DNA of 64,000 bases. Source: an uncultured Gemmatimonadales bacterium (lineage in GTDB: Bacteria > Gemmatimonadota > Gemmatimonadetes > Longimicrobiales > Gaopeijiaceae). The DNA lies in assembly GCA_963809895.1 (NCBI GenBank), contig CAWELD010000003.1:928001-992000 (forward strand). The letters are read 5' to 3'. Positions 27,125 through 35,487 of the stretch are shown here, piece after piece. The position numbers and the translations under genes are program-made. The notes beneath the pieces are model-generated. The model made no database searches. It had not been told where the DNA came from and saw nothing but the letters and a program-made list of their open reading frames with translations. Each line of letters begins with the position of its first letter. The stretch's first letter is position 1.

Positions 27125-30100
27125 ATGTCGTCGCCAGCCTTTCGCATGTCTCTGCTGGGCACGCCGCGGATCACGCGAACCAGGGACGGCGAGCCCATCG
27201 ATGTGCCGTTGGGCAAGCCGTTCGCGGCCCTGGCCTACGTGGCTCTGGCCACGGAGCGGGTCACGCGTGACGATCTGGTGCACCTGCTGTGGCCGTCCAC
27301 CATGGGCGGACGGGGCCGTGCCTCCGTTCGCCAGGCGCTCTGGCTACTGAGAAAGCAGATCCACCCCGACGTCGTGGTGGAAGCCGACGGGGTGCTGAGC
27401 GTCAATCCGGAGGTCCTCCGGCACGATCTCTCCGACCTGGGCACACAGATCGCCGAGGGTCATCTGGAGGAGGCCTGGCGTGGGTGGCGGGGGGTCCGCT
27501 CCGCGGGCTGGCCCTGCCCGACGCCCCAGGTTGGGATGCCTGGGCCGACGAGCTCCGGACTCGTTGGGAACGGCGGCTCGGCGAGGCTCTGGAAGCAGCG
27601 GCCGACGTGGCCGAGGGGGAGGAGCGCCTGACCTGGCTGGACCGTGCCCTCGAGGTGCGGCCGTTCCGCGAGGCCGTGCACGAGGCACGCACGCGCACCC
27701 TGCTTTCGCTGAGGCGCGAGGACGAGGCCGAGGAGGCCCTTCACCGTCTGCGGGCGACCGTCGACGAGCCCGACCCGAAGCGCCTCTCGGAGCTGGAAGA
27801 CGCCCTGCGCACGCTGCGGCGAGAGGTGGGCGGCGACGACGCACGGCTCACGCTCGAGTTCGTGGGACGCTCCCGGGAGCTCGCAGCGCTGTCCGGGCTG
27901 TGGCGCTCCGTGATGTCGGGCCGCTCCTCGTCTGGTCTCGCTGCAGGGGCCGGCCGGCATCGGCAAGTCGCGCCTGGCGGCCGAAGTCCTCAGGCGCACG
28001 GCGTTGGATGGAGCCGTCGTCGCGGAGGCAGCAGCCCTGGAAGTCGAACGATCCCTGCCTCTCGGTGTGGTCGCGGCCCTCGTACGGTCGCTGCTCGATC
28101 TTCCGGGCGCCGCGGGGATCAGCGCAGGCTCCGCTGACGCCCTGCATGCCCTCCTACCGTCCAGGAGGACGGGTGAGGCGCCCATCCATCCGGGGTCGCC
28201 GACGGCGCTTGCCGACGCCCTGATCGACCTCATCGAAGCGGTTGCGCACGAAGCGCCGCTGGTCCTCCTGGTGGAGGACGTGCAGTGGAGCGACCCGGAG
28301 TCCCGGACGCTCCTGAGTCGTGCGCTTCGGAGCGTCCGCGACGGGCGTGTCCTGATGGTGTGGACCTGCCGCACGGAGGAAGGCGACGCCGCGACGCTCC
28401 GCGACATCCAGGCGTTGCAGGCGGCCAAGAGCGCCGAGATCCTCGAGCTCGGCCCGCTGTCGTTGGGCGAGACCCGGGAGATGGTCGCTCTCCTGCTCGA
28501 GCACGCGACGGCCGACGGCATCGAACGACTCGCCGCCGCCATCCACGATGCGTCCGGCGGCAATCCCCTTCATGTCGTGGAGCTCATTCACAACCTCCGG
28601 GACGAGGGGGTGCTCATCCACGAATCCGGAAACGGATGGATCGCCGCCGAGGACCGCATCCCGTCGGCTCTCGAGCTACCGCCATCCGTGCGACAGGCCC
28701 TGGCGCGTCGCCTGGCGCTGCTCTCGCCGGACGCCCTGACGTTGGCACGGGAGCTGGCGCGGGCGGATCGTCCCCAGACCCCCCGCACATTGATCGCGGC
28801 GTCGCCCGGCCGGTGGAGTGAACGCATCGGATGCCCTCCAGGAGCTCCTGCAGCGCGACGTGGTCCGCTGGACCCGCGACGACCGGGTGGCCTTCGCCCA
28901 CGGTGCGATCCGGGAGGCGGTGACACCTCTCGATCAGCCCGCCTCGTTCGGCCCCAGGTGGATCGCGGCGGCCATCGCCGTCACGGCGCTGCTCGTCACA
29001 GGCGTGGTGGCGAGCAGATCCGGCGCCAGCACCGATCCCTTGCCCTTCGGAGGAGGCACGCTCTGGCTGGTTTCGGCGAGCACGGACTACCGGGGATACC
29101 GGGTTGCCCGGGGTGACCCGAGCACCTGGCTGGCGACGGACTCGGTGGCGCTGCCGGTGGGATTCCGTTCACTGGCGGCCCCTGTGCTCGGCGCGGATGG
29201 AAGCTGGTGGTTCGGAGGGCACTCCGGCCTGGACCCGGAGGCGGCGCCCGATGCCCTCGTGTTCCACGATGGGACCATCGACACGCTCCTCGCGACTGCG
29301 GGAGACGACGGTGTCCTCACGCTCGGGCCGAACCTGCATGCGGCCATTCTCAGTATGCAGGTGCCGGATGCGGTGCCGTATCGGAAAGCCATGGTCCTCG
29401 CCGACCTCGAGTCGGGTGAAGCCCGAGTGCTCGCCGAGGGGGAGAGCACCGTATCCGGGCACGACTGGTCGGCCGACGGTGCGTCGATCCTGGGGAGCGT
29501 CGATGCCGCCTGGGACACGGTGGTGGTGTTTCGGCCGGACGGACGGCGCCTCGCCGCCATGCCGGCACCCGATGCCATCCTGGATCGCCTCCGCTTCTGT
29601 GGGACTCGGGGCGTCGTGGGGACATCCCTTCCGCCGGGACGCCTGAGCCGCGCCTGGTATTGGGACCTGGACAGTGGGGAAGTGCGCGAGCTTCCGCGCC
29701 CACAACCCAATCCCCGGAGATTGGCGTGCTCGCCGGATGGCCGTGCGATCGCGTATCTCAATGGAGATCGGGAGGTGGTCGTCCAGGACCTCGACGGGTC
29801 GGTGATCGCGTCGATCCCGTCCCCGACTCCGCTGACCGACGTCCGCTGGAGTCCGGACCCCGCGCCGGCCCCGTCCGCTGTCTTGGTCGAGGCTTCCGAC
29901 ACGACGTTGCCTCGCGGAGCACGAGCTCACCTCGCGGCCCGGGTACTGGACGGGCGAGGGCGCCCCATGGATCTGCCGGTGGAGTGGTCGTCGGACGATC
30001 CAGCGGTGGCCTCCGTCGCCGCGGACGGTCGCGTATGGGCGAACCGATCGGGAGAGGTGACGCTCCGGGGCACGGTCAATGGATGGATCGCAGACTCGGT

Positions 30101-30797
30101 CCGGGTCCGGGTGACCGAAACGGAGTCGAGGGGCCTCCTGCTTTCCGACTCCTTCTCCGATCTGGATGAAGGGCGCTGGGTGCTCCTGGGCTCTCCCAAG
30201 CCCGTCGCGTCGACCGACGAGGCCGGGAGGGCGGTGTTGGACATGCGGGGCGACGGTCGGGAGGAGGACGGCATCCTGTCGCGGGAAGAAACGTCTCTGC
30301 CTCGAGGCGGCACGGTGGAAATCCGGTTTCGGCTACCCCTCACGGACCGTGTGGACCGCCAGTCCATCACCCTCTGCCTGGTACAGGCGCACCGAGGCGA
30401 GCCGGAGGAGATCCTGACGGCGTGGGCCATCAGCAGTCGCTGGTGTTCGAGGTGGCCGGCTCGCGAGCTCACGGACTTCGATCCGGACATGGTGTCGCTG
30501 AGCGGGACCGCGGGCGGGCTGGGTCCCGTAGACGCCGGTGAGTATCTGAATCCGGACGGATGGAACCGCTTCGCGCTGCAATTGAGGGCCGACGGCAGGG
30601 TGAGCCTGTTCATCAACGATGCCTTCGTCGTGTCACATCCCAAGCCGCTCAACAACGCGCCCGGCTCGAAATGGCGGGTCCTCATCCTGGACCGTGCGGC
30701 CGACACCCACGTCTACCTGCGTGACGTCGCGCTGTGGGACGAGGCACGATACCCCGTGCCCGAGCGCGCTTCGGCCGACAGCCTAGCAGGTCGCTGA
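27125..30797 (+). CDS. SARP/BTAD-AAA ATPase transmembrane regulator with extracytoplasmic propeller, Ig-like and LamG-like domains; three apparent frameshifts (about 27490, 27930, 28810)
   Basis: SLLGTPRI, GKPFAALAYVAL, HLLWP, RASVRQALWLLRK; RALEVRPFRE; FVGRSRELAAL; LQGPAGIGKSRL; LLVEDVQWSD; SGGNPLHVVE; TM WIAAAIAVTALLVTGVVA; SPDG; VEWSSDDPAVASV. Confidence 0.8.
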
Positions 30798-31091
30798 AGA
30801 AGGGGAGTACCCCGCGCGCATGGCGCTTTCGCGCGTTCAGGCAAGGAGCGACGACGAGTCGTAGCAGCGCTACGGCGAGGAGGAGAGACGATGGATCAAC
30901 CGCGGAACCGCCATGCGCCCATCCGTATGTGGCCTATGAACTTGGACGGCAGTGGGTTGGGGCGGCACGGCCCCTCCTCCGTCGTTGAAGCTCCTCGACG
31001 TAGCTATGGCTATGCCTTCGTCGCTTCGCCTAGGTTGAGGGGCCGTGGCGCTCCCAACGCGGGGTGCTCCCCTTCTTCAGCGACCTGCTAG
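30783..31091. mobile_element. 309-bp MITE-like element, copy 2 (inverted relative to copy 1)
   Basis: Same terminal repeats (1 mismatch between its ends) bounded by CTAG; reverse complement of 21621-21929. Confidence 0.88.
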
Positions 31092-31133
31092 AGGGTTCGC
31101 TCAGGCCTTAGTGGGATCCCGAGGTTGGTCCAC

Positions 31134-31532
31134 TTAGCGCGTCGAGCACTCCCTCACGATCCGCTCGACGTGCCGCTCCACGCCGGCGATGGCGCGGACG
31201 AGGTCGGGGCGCGTCTCGGCTGCCGAGATCTCCCGGGCGAACGCGAGCAGGCTCGCACGAACGACGTCACGGAGCTCGCCGGAGGCATCCCGGCTCGCGT
31301 CACGTCGCCGGCGTCGGACACGCGGTACCCCATCGCGAGCCTTGCGCCGGGGGCGCCGTCTCCCGGCTCCATCGGAAGGAAGAAAGCGCGAGCGGAACTC
31401 GTCGTCTGACAGGGCTTCGAGCGCCGGATCGATCCGGTGGGCCAGCCACCGGAGGTCCTTCAGCGCGACCGACGGCAGGCGAGCCAACTCGGCGTCGATC
31501 ATCTCCTGAACGTCCAAGGCATTCGTGGTCAT
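31134..31532 (-). CDS. Hypothetical protein
   Basis: 132-aa helical ORF with an Arg-rich middle, co-oriented with the reductase; no family recognised. Confidence 0.5.
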   Translation of the reverse strand: MTTNALDVQEMIDAELARLPSVALKDLRWLAHRIDPALEALSDDEFRSRFLPSDGAGRRRPRRKARDGVPRVRRRRRDASRDASGELRDVVRASLLAFAREISAAETRPDLVRAIAGVERHVERIVRECSTR

Positions 31533-31600
31533 GCCTGCAGCCTATCGGCTATGCCGACGTCGTCGCAAGGCCTTGGCGTCGTGGCGAGCCCCGAAGGACG

Positions 31601-32263
31601 TCATCGCCCCCGGACTCCCTCCGGCTCCCCAAGGAACTCCACCCACGCCTTCTTGACGCAGGGGTAATGCTTCGCGGCCTCCACGAGGTCCATGAAGGCG
31701 GTCACCGTGCGCTCGAAGCGGTCCGCGAGACCGGGGTCCGCGATCCCGCCTTCCTCGTCGAAGGCCTCGTGGGCACGCGCCAGGGAGAACATGTCGGGGT
31801 AGACCCGCGCCCCGAGGTGCTCCAGGGGCACACGCAAGGACCACAGGCCCCTGTTCCCGCCCACCATGGACGGCGACGCCGACATGAGGAGGGCGTGGTG
31901 CTCGTTGAAGGGCTGGGGGCGGTAGCGCGACACCCAGTCGATCATGTTCTTCACCACGCCGGCCATGGAGGCGTTGTACTCCGGTGACGCCATGACCAGG
32001 GCATCGGTCGCCTCCAGGCGTCGGTGAAAAGCCTCGGCGCCGTCGGGGAATCCCTCGCCGTCCTGCACGTCCTGATCGTACGACGGGCAGTCGAAGTCGC
32101 GCATGTGGGCAAGATCCACGCTGCCACCGTGGCGCTGGATGACCCGGGCCGCCAATGCCGCCAGGCGCGCGTTGAGGGACTCCCGGCGCAAGGAAGCCCC
32201 GAGTACCAGATAACGCACCGACTCACGGTGTTCTCGGGACGCATCGGGCGAAGGGACCGTCAT
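31601..32263 (-). CDS. NADPH-dependent FMN reductase
   Basis: ASLRRESLN, ASPEYNASMAGVVKNMIDWVSR, SASPSMVGGNRGL. Confidence 0.93.
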   Translation of the reverse strand: MTVPSPDASREHRESVRYLVLGASLRRESLNARLAALAARVIQRHGGSVDLAHMRDFDCPSYDQDVQDGEGFPDGAEAFHRRLEATDALVMASPEYNASMAGVVKNMIDWVSRYRPQPFNEHHALLMSASPSMVGGNRGLWSLRVPLEHLGARVYPDMFSLARAHEAFDEEGGIADPGLADRFERTVTAFMDLVEAAKHYPCVKKAWVEFLGEPEGVRGR

Positions 32264-32355
32264 GGGATCTCCGGGTCAGATGAAGCGGCGGACAACGGTA
32301 GGCGCGGTATCGACCAGCTGTGGAAGCTGCCGAGGATTCAGGGGCTCGAGCACCG

Positions 32356-33552
32356 TCAACGAAGGCCTGCATCCGGCACCACCACCACGGCGACCGGGGC
32401 CCCGCTGAACTCGTCGGCCATCAGTGTGACACCGGACGGGACACCCCACCTGCCGCCGTCGATCCGGATGTTGAAGCGTTGGAGACCCGCCGGGACCTCC
32501 ACACTCCAGGAGCCGTCGGGATAGGCGACCATCGCCCGGATCTCCCACCGAGTGAAGTCCCCTCTCACCTCAACGCTCGTCGCGCCCGGGACGTGCACGA
32601 AGAGCCGGGCCGGCGAGCGCGAGCTATCGATGCTGGCCACGGCCGGCAGCTCGCTCGCGTCTGCCTCCTTCGCCGCAGACGGGGGGGGCAGCGGGGGCGG
32701 AGGACCTTGCTCCCTCCGCGACCCCAGGTCCACGCCGAAGCCGACGCGTACGAAGTGCTCCGGCATGCGGCCGATGACGGGGACTCCAGCGCTCCGCCCA
32801 GCATCGATCTCCACGTCCACTCGTTCAGCCAAGGGCACGTCGAGGCGGGCGAACGCCCACGTCCGGTCGGGTGCTTCACCGTTGGAGAAACCGTGGCCGA
32901 TGAAACCGGCCAACTCCACGCCAGCGAGATCCACGCTGGCATCGACCTGGAGATCCTGGTGATGGGTTGCACGCAGGAAGCTCAAACGCTGGCGAGAGAT
33001 GAACTCGTACCCTGCGACCTCGATGGTCGTGGCCACTGTGCCATCGCCTCGTTCCACGACGTTGGTCGTGCGGTGGGTGAGGCCGAGCTCGACCGGTCCG
33101 ACATCGAGCCACCCCCTCAGGTCGGCGCCCGTGAATTCGGTGGCGAATTCGTCCAGTGAGGCCCCGCCGGAGCGGCGGGTCGCCGACACGCCCCAATCGG
33201 CTCCGATCAGGGTGAGGGTCAGCGTGTGGTCCCGACGGGCGTCCAGCCCCGCGGATGCTCGCGTACCGCTCCACTCACCTGCAACCAGGAACGAGGGCGA
33301 AAGGCTCACGCCCACCGAACCCCACCCAGCTGCAAAGGTCGAAGCGCCGCCGCCCAGCTGCAGGGTCCCCTCCAACTGAACGCGGTCGAGCCATCCCGCC
33401 CAGCGCGGCGCGATAACAACTCCGGCTCCCCCGAACCCCGCAGGGAACGGAGGGCGAGACCGCACGAGCGTGCGTTGCGCCGCCAACGACGTTGGTAACG
33501 GAAGGGTCGTCGCCAGGAATAGCGCTATCGGAAGCCCTGTCCTGGCCCTCAT
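32356..33552 (-). CDS. Secreted, probably outer-membrane beta-rich protein with C-terminal CBM48-like domain
   Basis: Signal ending LAA-Q; amphipathic beta strands; Pro-rich linker; PGATSVEVRGDFTRWE...AGLQRFNIRIDGGRWGVP. Confidence 0.8.
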   Translation of the reverse strand: MRARTGLPIALFLATTLPLPTSLAAQRTLVRSRPPFPAGFGGAGVVIAPRWAGWLDRVQLEGTLQLGGGASTFAAGWGSVGVSLSPSFLVAGEWSGTRASAGLDARRDHTLTLTLIGADWGVSATRRSGGASLDEFATEFTGADLRGWLDVGPVELGLTHRTTNVVERGDGTVATTIEVAGYEFISRQRLSFLRATHHQDLQVDASVDLAGVELAGFIGHGFSNGEAPDRTWAFARLDVPLAERVDVEIDAGRSAGVPVIGRMPEHFVRVGFGVDLGSRREQGPPPPLPPPSAAKEADASELPAVASIDSSRSPARLFVHVPGATSVEVRGDFTRWEIRAMVAYPDGSWSVEVPAGLQRFNIRIDGGRWGVPSGVTLMADEFSGAPVAVVVVPDAGLR

Positions 33553-33555
33553 CGC

Positions 33556-34185
33556 CTAGTCCATACCCCCGACTCCTCCCACCTTCATGAGTGCCCCACG
33601 TAATCGTACCTCGGTCGCCCGTGTCGGCGCCAGGCCATCGCGGATATCCCCGTTGATGCTCTCACGGAAGTCCCGCAGGTCCCGGGCATTTGCGCCGGCG
33701 GCACCCAGAGACAGAATCGCATCGCCGGCGGTACCCGTGGGGACGCCCCGACGGATCAGGTCTCCCAGCACGACCAGGGCCATCTCCAACGCATCCGTGT
33801 GCGTCTTCTCGGCCATGGCCTGGAGCAGGTCCCGGTTGGCGCCCGCATAGAGCGCGCCCGCCGCCGCCACCAGCACGTCGTCTCCTCGCTCACGACCCAG
33901 GAGCTCGGCGGCAGTCCCCAGCCGTTCCCTGAGCGACTTCACCGCGCGCACGATCTGCTCGCCCGTGGCACCCTTGCTGCGACCTTCCAGCACCTTCAAC
34001 AACAGGGGGCGGGCGGGGAGCGCGGCGTCGGCGGCGGCCTGTATCTCCGTCTGCAGGGCCGCGGCGGTCGTCGCATCGAGGTCCGCCGGAAGTGCGAGTT
34101 CCTGTGCGGCCAACGGTCCGACCCCGCACACCAGCGCTGCAACGATGGCGAGCAGACCCAGCCCCCGGTGCCACCCCCCGCTCAC
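33556..34185 (-). CDS. Hypothetical secreted alpha-helical protein
   Basis: GTG 34185 overlaps the upstream stop; signal ending LAA-Q; LPARPLLLKVLEGRSKGA, LVVLGDLIRRGVP. Confidence 0.75.
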   Translation of the reverse strand: MSGGWHRGLGLLAIVAALVCGVGPLAAQELALPADLDATTAAALQTEIQAAADAALPARPLLLKVLEGRSKGATGEQIVRAVKSLRERLGTAAELLGRERGDDVLVAAAGALYAGANRDLLQAMAEKTHTDALEMALVVLGDLIRRGVPTGTAGDAILSLGAAGANARDLRDFRESINGDIRDGLAPTRATEVRLRGALMKVGGVGGMD

Positions 34186-34778
34186 GTACCCCTCCCGGGC
34201 ACCACGATCACGGAGCTGGGCCTGCCAAAGTCGTCGTCCGGCGCCTCGGGCGCCGATGCATCGGGCACCCACTCCCGGCCATCCACCACGAAGGAATAGA
34301 CGTGGCGACCCGGTCGGAGCCCGACCTCGACGGTCCACACGCCGTCGCGACGGACCAGGGGCGTGGCACGCACGTCCCATGCGTTGAAGTCGCCGACCAA
34401 TGCCACCGACGTCGCCGTCGGTGCCATGAGCACGAATTGATGCCGGACCAGAGCTCCTGCGCCCGGGGCGGCGTCTCGCCTCCCCGGAGGCGCCTGGAAC
34501 GACGGGACCACCAGGAGCGCCACGATGGACACGGCCCCTGCCCATGCCATTGCCGACAGGGGAGAAAGCCTCAGCCGCGGCCGGGTGAGCCACACCCAGA
34601 TTCGCCCGGCGAAGCCCTCACCCGCCGGACTGCGGACTCGAGACGACCGCGCCTCCACCGAGGCGCGCACCACGGCATCGACCGCACCGGGCCGCCGCTC
34701 GATCGGCTCGCGAAGTTCCGCGATCACACCGTCCAGCCACGCCTCTTCGGGCATCGTCCGGTCGTCGTGATCAGTCAT
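34182..34778 (-). CDS. Membrane-anchored isoamylase early-set/CBM48 protein (candidate anti-sigma factor)
   Basis: Short N-terminus, one TM helix, APTATSVALVGDFNAWD, LRPGRHVYSFVVDGREWVPD, DDFG; overlaps the sigma gene end. Confidence 0.85.
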   Translation of the reverse strand: MTDHDDRTMPEEAWLDGVIAELREPIERRPGAVDAVVRASVEARSSRVRSPAGEGFAGRIWVWLTRPRLRLSPLSAMAWAGAVSIVALLVVPSFQAPPGRRDAAPGAGALVRHQFVLMAPTATSVALVGDFNAWDVRATPLVRRDGVWTVEVGLRPGRHVYSFVVDGREWVPDASAPEAPDDDFGRPSSVIVVPGRGT

Positions 34779-35397
34779 GCCCCACCTCGCCGAGCGTTTC
34801 TCGCAGTGAATCTCTCGCACGCGCCACTCGCATCTTCAGTGCCGGCACGCTGGCCCCGGTCAGCTCCGTCATCTCCTGGTAGGTCCATCCCTCGACGAAC
34901 TTCAACAAGAAGGCCTCTCTCAGCTTCTCCGGCAGTGTCGCCATCGCCCGATTCACCGCAGCACTGCGAAAGGGTGTCGGGGCCGGCTGCCGCACCACCA
35001 ATTCCAGCTCCGGAACGGCATCGGACCGGACCTGGCGAGACCGGCGGCGTGTCTCGATCCGCGCCACGGTGCGGCAACGGTTCACCAGAATCCGGAACAA
35101 CCACGCCTTGAAGCGCCCCTGATCCTGGTAGCGGGCCAGGCCACGGTAGACCCTCACGAAGGCCTCCTGTACGGCGTCTTCCGCATCGAAGCGGTCGCCG
35201 AGCATGCGTGTCGCGTATCGGAGGCATGGGTCGTAGTGACGCTCCACCAGCGTGCGGAAAGCTACCTCGTCTCCATCGGCGGCGGCGCCGACCAGTCTCG
35301 CGTCGTCTTCCACGTCCTGTACAACCTCGGGTCGCCCGGAAGGGTCACACTTCGAGCGCTCGTCCGCGGTGCGCAGCGACGGCAGGCGATGGGTCAT
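34771..35397 (-). CDS. ECF RNA polymerase sigma factor
   Basis: AFRTLVERH, DAEDAVQEAF, FKAWLFRILVNRC, LPEKLREAFLLKFVEGWTYQEM, LKMRVARAR. Confidence 0.93.
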   Translation of the reverse strand: MTHRLPSLRTADERSKCDPSGRPEVVQDVEDDARLVGAAADGDEVAFRTLVERHYDPCLRYATRMLGDRFDAEDAVQEAFVRVYRGLARYQDQGRFKAWLFRILVNRCRTVARIETRRRSRQVRSDAVPELELVVRQPAPTPFRSAAVNRAMATLPEKLREAFLLKFVEGWTYQEMTELTGASVPALKMRVARARDSLRETLGEVGHD

Positions 35398-35487
35398 GTG
35401 ACGCCGTGCTCTCCGTAGGGGTTGTTTGAGTGTGAAGGCCGGCACGGAGTCCGGCGCAGTATCACACCCGCTCGAGAGGTTCGTACG

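Noticed and set aside
30891..31091. 66-codon ORF with a GAGGAGG RBS present in both MITE copies (also 21621..21821, minus strand)
   Set aside because: Six of the seven differences between copies change the amino acid, so there is no sign of protein-level selection; the purine run is part of the repeat arm.
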